Origin: a virus
Direction: 5' to 3' (one strand)
Length of the DNA stretch: 64,000 nt
IMG/VR virus record: IMGVR_UViG_3300020370_000004
Span: 2,562 to 66,561 of that record
Part shown: piece after piece, positions 9,630 to 19,900 of the stretch
How positions within the stretch are numbered: the first letter of the stretch is position 1
Layout: the number at the start of each line of letters is the position of its first letter
Notes under the pieces: model-generated
Told to the model about the DNA's origin: nothing
Database searches by the model: none
The model's input: only the letters and a program-made list of their open reading frames with translations
Translations under genes and position numbers: made by a program

Positions 9630-10389
9630 GTTTCACATCAGGAAGTTTTGGTACTTCGGGTACTAAGCGATCAGTTAATTCTGATCCATTAATTTGAGGG
9701 GGTGAGAACTTCTCACCATTGAGGAGTCCTTGAACTTGACCTTCCATTTGGTTGGTCATGTTTTGAACACCTGCACTTATCAGAGCAGAGTGATGTACTG
9801 CACCTGACAATATATTTATTTGGTCTTGCTCAGGTAGATTCATGATTGAATCCATGTTACCTCCACCAAGACGACCGAATGCAATTATATCACATGCAGC
9901 CTGTTTTGCCATTCTACTCTGCCAGTACTTCCTATCTTCTTCCTCATTGGTTTCAAGATAGTATTCAATACCTTTTTCAAAGTCTACTGTGTCTTCTAGC
10001 TCACTAATAAACACATCCATCTCTCGATGAACATGTTTAAGTTTCTCTACGAATAGAGATCTATCATAGTCTGACTTATCTATTTCTAGTTGTATTAACT
10101 CTTTTCCAATCTCATCTTCTTCAAGCTTGAGATCTCTTACTAACATCCTTCTATTAATCTCATTTTTCTTGAGACTATACTCTACTTCCACACGAGTATT
10201 ATCTCTCGTCTGAAGTTCGAGAAGTGCTTGTTGCACTTTTTTATAAGGAGTTATCTGTGATCCTACTACAAAATTTGTGTTCTGGTATTTCGATTGTCCA
10301 CCCTCTAATTTGTAAGCAGCTTCAACCCAAGTCTTTTTACTTCCTTCTAGGTTTCGCCTACAGAGTGCATCAGAATCCGAAAGTGCCAT
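9586..10389 (-). CDS. Coiled-coil-rich hypothetical protein (267 aa)
   Basis: Long ORF overlapping both neighbours; charged helical sequence (TPYKKVQQALLEL...EEEDRKYWQSRMAKQAACDIIAFGRLGGGNMDSI). Confidence 0.8.
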   Translation of the reverse strand: MALSDSDALCRRNLEGSKKTWVEAAYKLEGGQSKYQNTNFVVGSQITPYKKVQQALLELQTRDNTRVEVEYSLKKNEINRRMLVRDLKLEEDEIGKELIQLEIDKSDYDRSLFVEKLKHVHREMDVFISELEDTVDFEKGIEYYLETNEEEDRKYWQSRMAKQAACDIIAFGRLGGGNMDSIMNLPEQDQINILSGAVHHSALISAGVQNMTNQMEGQVQGLLNGEKFSPPQINGSELTDRLVPEVPKLPDVKHEIPKEKIRLQSSN

Positions 10390-11305
10390 ATGCTAAATCT
10401 CCATCAAGTCGCTTTTCATTTTCATCAATTCGGCCAAGTTTTTGACCTTGCTTGATTGGCATACCAACATTCAAGTAGTCTTCGTACAAGATGTTCATAT
10501 CCCACATATTATCACAGCCTTTAAACTGTGATCTGATTGCATGATATTTGCCCAATAAATTGGCGTAATCTAATAAGTATTTATCATGGTTTTTGAGAAC
10601 TCTTTTTACGAGTTCTGCTTTTTGCATACCTCTTGTCATGCATAATATATCTAGGAAAGGAGTTTTAGCTTCCTCACTCTCCTTGTATTTTCTTGCTTCT
10701 TCAAGTTGGTATACCCAACTCTCAGACTCTACGTCACAGCAGTTCTTAAAGTTCTTGAACCTAAGATCAAACTCATGTTCAATAACTAAGATTGCTTGCT
10801 TCTTCATGAACTGTACAGCAAGATTTATATGTTCAGGTACAGTCTTTTTCTTTACCTTCTCATAGTCCATGGATCCATCATCTTGCATCACAGCTTCATA
10901 ATCTTTGAAGTGTGATCTTATCTCACCTTGGAACTTAACTCCAGTAGTGAATTCTTTTTCATCAAGTTCAACATACCTTCTGAACGTAGACTTAATAGTC
11001 TCGAACACAAGTTTATTCATCTTGATAGTTGATACATTATAAAAATTGAACAACGTAAAGTATGTTGTCTCATGAGCTTTAATACCTGCAGTTCTAAGAG
11101 CATCTTCATGGATCATCATATAAATGAAACCCTCTTTGATAAGCTCTTTATCTTTTATAAACTTCTTAGTCTCAAGTTCTAATGGATGCTGAGGTTCATA
11201 TTTCGGACGTAGAAAATCCTCATCCTCAATTAGATGTTGTGGAATTCTTTTCTTCCATTCAACCTCAAATTGTTTTTCTTCTATGTAAAGTTTGTTATCA
11301 GGCAT
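10370..11305 (-). CDS. Hypothetical protein with tail-fibre-assembly-like C-terminal domain
   Basis: ESESWVYQLEEARKY...TPFLDILCMTRG...ELVKRV resembles the ExxSWxxQxxEA..TPxL..RG pattern of phage fibre-associated chaperones (recalled). Confidence 0.6.
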   Translation of the reverse strand: MPDNKLYIEEKQFEVEWKKRIPQHLIEDEDFLRPKYEPQHPLELETKKFIKDKELIKEGFIYMMIHEDALRTAGIKAHETTYFTLFNFYNVSTIKMNKLVFETIKSTFRRYVELDEKEFTTGVKFQGEIRSHFKDYEAVMQDDGSMDYEKVKKKTVPEHINLAVQFMKKQAILVIEHEFDLRFKNFKNCCDVESESWVYQLEEARKYKESEEAKTPFLDILCMTRGMQKAELVKRVLKNHDKYLLDYANLLGKYHAIRSQFKGCDNMWDMNILYEDYLNVGMPIKQGQKLGRIDENEKRLDGDLAYGTFGF

Positions 11306-11453
11306 TTTCTAAAGCTGTGATCCTATCCTTCATGGCAGTTATTTCTGCCTTAAGGTTTTCAATGGTGACATCCTGTTGATCTTGCTTTACCTTTGATGCA
11401 AGATCAGTGTTGAACATCATCTTCCTTGCTTCTCCTGTGTGTTGTTCGCTCAT
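11298..11453 (-). CDS. Small coiled-coil protein (51 aa, start MSEQH)
   Basis: TAATG coupling at 11451-11455 favours the ATG at 11453 over the track start at 11501; QQDVTIENLKAEITAMKDRITALE heptads. Confidence 0.65.
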   Translation of the reverse strand: MSEQHTGEARKMMFNTDLASKVKQDQQDVTIENLKAEITAMKDRITALENA

Positions 11454-12823
11454 TACTGATACCTCAATCCTGTTACTGCAAACGCACCAGTGAAACAACA
11501 TCCAGAGGACTGTCCTTGGTGACCCTTAGGTTCTGCTTTAAATCCTAATACTACATCAGCATCAGTAGCATGGAAACGTTTCCATGTTCTATTGTTCTGA
11601 TAGTTACCTGTACCAGAAGCATAGTTACCTAAGCAATAACCCCAGTCCTGACCCATTGCCATGTTCTCTTCACCAGATGCAATGTCTGCTTGGTTGAACT
11701 GTCCACCAATTGCTGTATTATTAGTATCGTTAAATTTAAGCCATGGCATTGTAACGTTGTTACTATTACCATGATAGCAGAAACCCCACTTAGTTGACAA
11801 GTTCTTCTTCCATCCGTTACCACTCCATCCACTTAAGGAGTAAGAGTTAACAGACTCATTACTGAATTCAATATAACAACGGCTACCTGTGTCTCCAAAT
11901 AGATGGCATCTGTACTCTCCCTCAGATCCAGTAGCACCTGAGTTACTGAAACCACCACCAAGACGAGTACACATCTCAGTGATAAAGTTCATTCTCTGAA
12001 CAGATCCAGGACCACCACCTGCGGTGTATCCTCTTTGAGTTGTTTGTCCTGATGCAGAACCTGGGTCATCAGTACCATCCCAAGTATCCATTGAAGCACC
12101 AATACTATCTGGAGTGGTGTTGTATGCATCACCATGACCAGGAGTTCCGTTAGGACCAAATGTTCTGTTAGTTCCTGTATGGAGGTTAACACTAGACACT
12201 GAAGAACCACTACCACCGTAGGAGTTTACAGTACCATAGACATATCCATTAAAGTCTCCGAAGTTACCATCAACATATGATGCTGCTCTGTCTAACTGGT
12301 CTCCACGAGAGATTGTAATATCTGTTGCGTTATAACACTGGTTAACAGATCTCCATGGGTTTGATCCTCTGTAACCACCAACTAAGAATGAATGTGTGAA
12401 TATACTTCTATATCTAAACTGTGATCCGACTGTTATATTATACTGAGAACCATTGTAATCATACCAACTACCTTCTCCTGAATATGGAAGATAGTCTCCT
12501 GAAGCAACAGTTGGGTTTTGACCACCTGCACCAGTAGTTGTGGTTGGATATGAATTATAATAACCAAAGTTATTATTACCACCCACATCACCTTCCGAAG
12601 CAAGAGTGGTTCCCCAGAAAGCATTCTTACCATCAGACATTAGGATACCACCCGCAGTCTTAGGACTCTGACTAGGTAATGTTTCAAACAGAACACCGTT
12701 CTGCAACAGGTCTCCAGTAAAATTTATATTACCAGAAACAGAAATGTTCTTGGGAATAGAAATTGTAGCTCCACCTGAGGTCAGAGTATTCAGTTGTGTT
12801 GTGCCAACATTAACCTGAGACAT
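11453..12823 (-). CDS. Gly/Asn/Ser-rich virion-associated protein, probable beta-propeller adhesin-like domain
   Basis: Fibre-like N-terminus (GNINFTGDLLQNG, GGILMSDGKNAFW) then spaced repeats FLVGGY, GYVYG, GYTAGG, GYCLGNY. Confidence 0.6.
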   Translation of the reverse strand: MSQVNVGTTQLNTLTSGGATISIPKNISVSGNINFTGDLLQNGVLFETLPSQSPKTAGGILMSDGKNAFWGTTLASEGDVGGNNNFGYYNSYPTTTTGAGGQNPTVASGDYLPYSGEGSWYDYNGSQYNITVGSQFRYRSIFTHSFLVGGYRGSNPWRSVNQCYNATDITISRGDQLDRAASYVDGNFGDFNGYVYGTVNSYGGSGSSVSSVNLHTGTNRTFGPNGTPGHGDAYNTTPDSIGASMDTWDGTDDPGSASGQTTQRGYTAGGGPGSVQRMNFITEMCTRLGGGFSNSGATGSEGEYRCHLFGDTGSRCYIEFSNESVNSYSLSGWSGNGWKKNLSTKWGFCYHGNSNNVTMPWLKFNDTNNTAIGGQFNQADIASGEENMAMGQDWGYCLGNYASGTGNYQNNRTWKRFHATDADVVLGFKAEPKGHQGQSSGCCFTGAFAVTGLRYQ

Positions 12824-12826
12824 TCT

Positions 12827-13195
12827 TTACTCCGTTTTCGGGATTGAATCTTTAATATTTTTTATTGCTTTATAGAACTTACTCTTACCTTGGATATCAC
12901 CAAACACACCAGCATGGATATCATCCCATAGTAATGCTAGTTCTCCTTCCACGCTAATTTCAGCATAAGCATTTTCTCTCTGAATGTCCCAACCACCTTC
13001 TTCATATACCACACGTTCGACTTTCTGGGTATCAGGATTCCATTTGAAGTCGGGAGGGTTAGTACCTTCTTCCATGACCCAATCGTCAGGGATGTCTACC
13101 CATTTAAAATCTTCGTGACATTCAAAGCACTCTTCTTCTTCTACCACAAACTGTATGGTACTATTTGTTGCTCTGTCTACTAATGCGAAACTCAT
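12827..13195 (-). CDS. Putative tail-fibre assembly/chaperone-like protein
   Basis: Acidic; QRENAYAEI...ELALLWDDI...FYKAIKNIKDSIPK C-terminal pattern commonly seen after fibre-tip genes in marine phages. Confidence 0.55.
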   Translation of the reverse strand: MSFALVDRATNSTIQFVVEEEECFECHEDFKWVDIPDDWVMEEGTNPPDFKWNPDTQKVERVVYEEGGWDIQRENAYAEISVEGELALLWDDIHAGVFGDIQGKSKFYKAIKNIKDSIPKTE

Positions 13196-13200
13196 AATCT

Positions 13201-13956
13201 TTATGTGTAATTGAATACGATAACTACGCCTGCACCACCGTTACCGTTACCGTGTGCGAAACTGTTTTGTGAATAATAACCATAACCTCCACCAGATCCC
13301 CAAGATCCATGAGTAATCTCTTCTTGGTTGTTGTAATAATGGTGTGAAGAACCAGACTTATGCCAGAATGATGATCCACCACCACCTTCTCTGTTGTGAC
13401 CGTGAGACATCTCACCACCACCGCCAGGTATGTTGATATCACCACCAGATGCTGATCCACCAGGACCTCCCTGATGAGGGTTATCGGTTTGACCACCTTG
13501 TCCACCACCTGCTGTGCAGTATGAACCGAAGGATGAAGTACCACCTGTACCTCCTCTACCTCCGTTACGGGCGTATCCACCGCCACCACCATAAGTATAT
13601 CCGACTGAACCTACATTAGAAACATCAATATATTTGATAGCAGTAGCACCACCGCCACCGCCAGCACCACGATAAGCGTTGTCATTACAGCGAACACCAC
13701 CACCGCCACCTGTGACGTAAACTAATACGTTACTGCAACCTGAAGGTTTACTCCATGTTCCTGAAGAACCAGAAGTAGAATTACTGTTCCAAGTACCGTT
13801 TTGTGATGTATAAACGTTGATGCTTATCAAAGCACCTTCAATGGTAAAGTTCTCGTATGAACTTCCGTTCCATAGTTTAAATGAACCAGAAGAAACGTCG
13901 ATAACGTTACTTCCTCCTGTGCTTTGGATTTGATCAACCCTTAAAATGCCAGCCAT
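13201..13956 (-). CDS. Glycine-rich fibre-tip/adhesin-like protein
   Basis: GTWSKPSG..VLVYVTGGGGG, GAGGGGG, GGTSSFGSYCTAGGG, GGAGVVIV Gly-rich domain; immediately downstream of the 4202-aa fibre. Confidence 0.7.
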   Translation of the reverse strand: MAGILRVDQIQSTGGSNVIDVSSGSFKLWNGSSYENFTIEGALISINVYTSQNGTWNSNSTSGSSGTWSKPSGCSNVLVYVTGGGGGVRCNDNAYRGAGGGGGATAIKYIDVSNVGSVGYTYGGGGGYARNGGRGGTGGTSSFGSYCTAGGGQGGQTDNPHQGGPGGSASGGDINIPGGGGEMSHGHNREGGGGSSFWHKSGSSHHYYNNQEEITHGSWGSGGGYGYYSQNSFAHGNGNGGAGVVIVFNYT

Positions 13957-13968
13957 AATTACTTACTC

Positions 13969-16900
13969 TTAATTAATACTCCAGTATCCACCGCTATTTA
14001 TGGTAATGGTATATCCATTATTTATAGTGATTGGTCCGATACTTTGACAGTTATCTCCATTGTTAATGGATATGTTTTCCGAAATGTTATTACGGTTCCT
14101 CTTAATAATACCGTATGTGTCGATCCACTGTTTGTCTCCATTAGCACGAAGAACAACAGATCTCTGACCACTTGATAGACCAACGGAATCACTGTCAATG
14201 TTTAATCCGTTTTGTCCTCTAACTTCTACTCTGTAAGATGTCTGTACTTGGTCATTACCTGAGTAGAATGTCCATGTACCACCGTTACCATCACATGAAC
14301 CCATACTGGTATCATTGTCAGATCTCCAGTAGAAGTTGTCACCTGTTCTAAAGTATGTGTGAGAGTTGTTACCAAAGTAGAATCTTGGTTGTCCACCATC
14401 ATCATTCAACCATGTGTTAACACTAGCACCTAAGTATGGAAGGTTAAGTGCAGTATAACCATCAAGTAAATCTGCGTTAAGGTTAGTAACAACAGTTGTG
14501 GATGATACTGATAATGGTGCAGTACCAGTTGCAACAGTAGATTTAAGTTGATTGTCAGTTTCGATAGCACCACCGACGGTTAATCTAGAACCACTTCCAG
14601 TAGAAACACCAGAACCTTTACCGATGAATACCCTACCAGTTGCAGAGTAAATTGCAAGTGATGCATTTAACTTAGCATTACTTTGGAATGATGTGGATAG
14701 AGCACCACTAGCATCAGCAAATCCTCTAATAACAAACCATGATTGATCACTATCATCAGCACCTAACTGCCAACCCATATCGTTGTCAGTATCAGTGAAT
14801 GTCATGAATGAAGATGATCCATCAGCACCTGCTGTAATTCTACCGTAACCTGCTCTACCGTCTCTAAGATCAAAGAATGCAGTAGCAGAACTAGGATTAC
14901 CCTCAGCAACAATTTCAAGAGGTGAACCAGGATTGCTATCGCCAATACCTATTCTACTGCTACGGAAGTAAACATTATTATATGATAGGTATGTACCATT
15001 ATAACCGAAGGCATTACCATCATTACCAAATTTGATATATCCAACAGTAGCATCATTTCTACCTTGAAGTGATAAGGTATTAGTTGTACTCTTACCTAAG
15101 TTAATACCAGAAGAACCAGCGAGTTGTAATGTTGATGTACCAGTATTATTAAAGATACCTTGGTCACCTGTTAAGTCATTAACTGTTAAGTGTCCAGATC
15201 CATCTCTACGTGCAATTGTATTAGCAGATGCTGAAGTAGACTGAGTGAATCCATCTAAGTAATGAGCGTCTAGCTGTGAGGAACTTCCATCGTTACCTGC
15301 GTGCCACATGGTGTTACCATTGACGGTAATGTCACCAGTGTTAATTCTAATAGTACCATTTCCGTTATTGGTATTACCACCAGAGATAATAAACTGTACA
15401 TCGTATGCAGGTGCCTGACCAGATGATCTAAAGTCTATTGTTGGAGTTGTTGAAACAGATGCCTTACCAATTTGTAATTTAGCACCTGCAGCAGCATCAC
15501 GCATTCCAATAACAGTAGAAGAACCACCAGAAATTAGGTTAGATGATGTTACAGTCCACTTAGTTCCTGGGTTAGGACCTACGACATATATGTTTGCGTT
15601 GGTATTATTACCAACAAATGCTATTGTACCTGTGATTAATGAATATATCTCACCAGAGGTATGAGTAAGTTCTTGAACACCATTAGCATCAACTACGATA
15701 GAACCGATGTTATTTGTTGCACCTACGTCAGAGTAGATAGTGTATGTACCACTATTATTAACGTTACCACCAGTACCTGTGCTTACATGAAAATCTGGAA
15801 CGTATAAAGTATACTTAAGTCCACTATCGTTAAGATAGAAGTTCTCAAATACCATCTTATCCTGACCAAGAACCTCAGGTAAGAAGATGTCACCCATAGG
15901 TTTGTTGATGCCACCTTGAGAAGCACCGAAGTTATAACCAGACTGATACCATAGACCTTGATGTGCATCTAATTTGTCAGCATCTAATCCACTGCCAGCA
16001 CCATCATTAAGTCCAGACCAGATCTCATACCAGTTACCATATACAGCATTACCACCACTGTTACCTCTAATCCAAAGGTTATTACTATCAGTGAAAGCAA
16101 TTTGAGTTGAAGCAGTACCAGTTGCCTGTCTTCTGTAAGTCATGATACCGTGTGTGGTACCACCATCACTCAAACCAGTTGCAGTGTTATTTCTCAATGC
16201 AGCAGATACACCATCAGCAGCCTGTGCAGGTGATGGGTTTGAAGTTAGAGAAGCAGCCTCGTTAAATATTCTGTTTGCTTTGTCAGCAGTACCAGATATA
16301 GAAATTGCGTATGTGGTATTTAAAAGTCTACTTGGATCTAATGTACCTTGAGTTAGGTTAGATGCGTTCGTAAAGAATCCTGCATCGTTACCATCTAGTT
16401 TGTCAGCATTAAGCATTGAACCAGGACCTTGGTCAATAGAAACCTGACCATCATTATCAATTACGAAACCACCTTGATCTTGGTTACCGATTGCTTGGTT
16501 AGCAACGTCTTTTCTAAATCGGAATACACCGTAGTTACCATAGACAGTTGCAGCAGGTGTTAAGTTATCACCCTTCTTGATGTCAACTTCAATGTTACCA
16601 TAAGATCTATTGATAGTACCCTTAACAGCAGTTAAAATTGCTCCAGTACCACCACCCATTTCAGATGGAATTGTAATACTAAATCCAGCATTATATCCAG
16701 TACCAGAGTCAGTAACACTAGCAGATGTGATTACACCACCCGATACGATATAAGTACCTCTTGCAACACCAGCATCTGAGATACTAACGTTACCACCTTG
16801 TAATGGTAAGTTCTGATATGTACCGTTAGTATATCCTGTACCACCATTTGTAATTGTAATACTATCAATGTAAGTACTGTCTGTTACAGATCCACCGATA

Positions 16901-19900
16901 ACGATAGCATCCTGAGTAGTAGGTCTAATTGCCTGTAGTGCATACTCCCATGATGAGTCACCACGTAAGAATGTGAAGGAGTTGGATACACCTTTGTTTG
17001 CTAATCTCTCTGGGTCAACAGTACCTGCAACGATGTTAGAAGCATCAATGTTGGTAGATGTTAACTGTGTCCAGTTAGCAATGTTACTACCAGATGTATT
17101 AATTACTCTAGTAAGATCAATAATTCGTTTCCTAGAAACGTTACCAGTAGTGCTTGTTGATGTTGCAGAAGTTACTGTATACTCGTTAGCATTAACAAGT
17201 GTCATGGCATAGAAACCATCAGCACCTTGACCACTAGTAAAGTCTAAGTAAACTAGTTCACCGTTTGCTAAGTTGTGGCCAGTCTCACTGATAGTAATAG
17301 TATTAGCAGTTTGAGCATAAGTACCAGTTCCTAAGTTAGCATTTGCACCATCTAGAAGATAATCAGAAGCATCAAACTTGATGTTATTAGCAATGTTAAT
17401 ACTAACTCTACCTTCAATCTGAGCAGCAATAACTGCGTTATTGTTACTTGGTGAGTTAGGTGCAGTAACAGTTGGTTGTGTATAGTATCCAGAACCAGCG
17501 TTAGTGATAGTAACCTTAGTTACGATACCACTTGTTACGTTAGCAGTAGCAGCTGCCTGTACACCAGAACCTGAATCAGGTGCTCCAATTGTTAGTGCAA
17601 AGTCTCCAGTGTAGTCTCCACCACCATCACTGATGACGAAGTTAAATATTTGACCATCGTTGAATGCACTTACAGTACCACGAGCAGTAGTTGTACTACC
17701 TTGTACAATTCCCCCAACACTAAATGAGTAGTTCTGATCTGGTGTGAATGCTAAGAACTGACTTTCTAAGTCATTCTCCAAGATATATGAAACAGCAACA
17801 CCATCAGTTGTGAATGTATGAGTACCAGTACCTTGACCACTTAAAGTTAGCTCTTGGTTGTTATTTGCATTAGACTTGGTAGTTGACAGTTTAATTGTGT
17901 TATCATCAACCTTAATAACAAAGTACTTGGTGTTAGTCGATAGACCACCGATTGCAGTAGTACCCTGTGTATATGTAAATCCATCACCAGTGTTTGTTCC
18001 ATGAGAAGCAATGGTGATTGTATCGGCACCTGTGTTAACAGATGCAGGTGCAACACTGAATGATGTAGCAGTTGTTTGGATAGCAATGTCACCAGCTTGT
18101 GCGTTCTCAATTGCAAGTCTTTCTGCTTCAGATGTAACAGAGGTGATATTGAATGGACGTAAAGCAGGTATCTGGTCAATGTTGATCTTACCTGAAGATG
18201 TTAACTGAACCAGTGCAGATGGAACTGCGTTTGTTGAGTATGGCTGGTTAAGATATGGTCCTAAGTTATTTGAAATATAATCTCTAACAGATGCCTGAGT
18301 AGGTAGTAAACTATCAGATGTAAATGTTCCACCTAAGTTATCATCTTTAGAGAAACCTGTAATCGTAATGTCACCACCAACGATCTTAATAGATGATAGT
18401 TCAGAGATACTAACAGTACCAACGAAACTAATAGCACCAGTTCTGTTGAAGATAGTAACAAAGTTACCAACTTTAAAGTCACCAAACTCGTTAGTACCTG
18501 ATGTATAAACCTGTCCAAAGGATTCTTCTGCTGCTTCAAATGCAGTACCTAAACCAAATCCACCGTTCTGTGGTAGAGCAGCATAGGTGTTACCAGATCC
18601 AGAGTATTCCCAAGTGTGTGATGATGAGTTACATACAGATGGTCTGTGGAATTGGATTGCACGACTGACTAAGTTACTTAAGTTACCGTTAGCATAACTG
18701 TTTCTAGTGTTAGGAGATGCAGTATCGGTAAAGTCCATCGACCTGTTAGTTGTTATCTTAGCAACAACCTGTGTACCAGGTGCTCCACTAACAACCTCAG
18801 TTTCAAGAATGATATGCTCAACAGCAGGGTCTGTTGGATTAGTTCCACCAATTCTAATGATGTAATCTTCAACAGGAATGTTAGTTAAGGTTGTACCACT
18901 AACCTGAATGACCTGTCTTCCAGATTCAACTCCATTTCCATCAACGTCGTTAGTGATACTATCAATAACACCAATATCAAAGCTGTATGGATCTGTTCTA
19001 AATCCAGTAGCACGTAGTGAGTAAGTACCAAAGTTAGATGCTGAGTTAGTAACAGATGCATAACCACCAGACTGACATACGATACCATCTTGACAGAAGA
19101 TAGCGAACACAGACACCAACTGGGTGTAACCATCGTTAGTAACGTTATACGCAGTACCACCAAAACAGATGATAGTAAATGCGTTTGCAACCATCGACTT
19201 ACCTTGTGGGTCGAACTGTGCAATACTATTACCTTGCCCATCTAATTTAAGACCAGGTCTAGGTACGTTAGGTGTAGCAACCTTAGCACCGTCAATGTCA
19301 CAACCAGATCCACCCAAGAAGGAGATTAGGGAGGAGTTCTGGATGTAAGGTGATGCCTCAATAACAGGCAAATCTAAGAAGATATTAAGTAATGGGAACT
19401 TATATTTCGCAGCATCCTGCTCTTCAATAAGAGGATCTGGATTTGTAATAGCACCACTGTATGCAGTACCACTTGATAATACGTTATCTAATATACCCCA
19501 GTTAGTAGTCAACGCAGATACAACGTTAGCACACTCAGGTGCAGATGAATCTACTGTAATAGAACCATTAGAAATAGGAGTAATCTTCGAGAAGAAACCT
19601 GCTTCAAGGTCATTTCTTATTGCTTTGATACATAACTCTTTTGCGTATGCGTAGATCGCACGAGTGTAATCAATCTCTTCAGTAATATGTACGATTGCAC
19701 CACTACTGATATACTTGTTAGCAGCTTCAACAATTCCAGAGTTACCAGTATATCTAAGGTCATACTGGAATGCTCTAATGATATGAAGAATATCATCAAT
19801 ACATTGTTGATCGCCAGCTGAAACTGTTCTTGTGGTTGGAAGAGATCCATATCCACCAGCTTCAGTACCAATCGCAGTTGTAAGAATATCAAATAATGTT

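Noticed and set aside
11298-11501. Possible programmed frameshift fusing the 456-aa protein to the downstream coiled-coil ORF (S74-chaperone-like tail)
   Set aside because: No slippery sequence seen; the TAATG overlap is better explained by translational coupling from the ATG at 11453.
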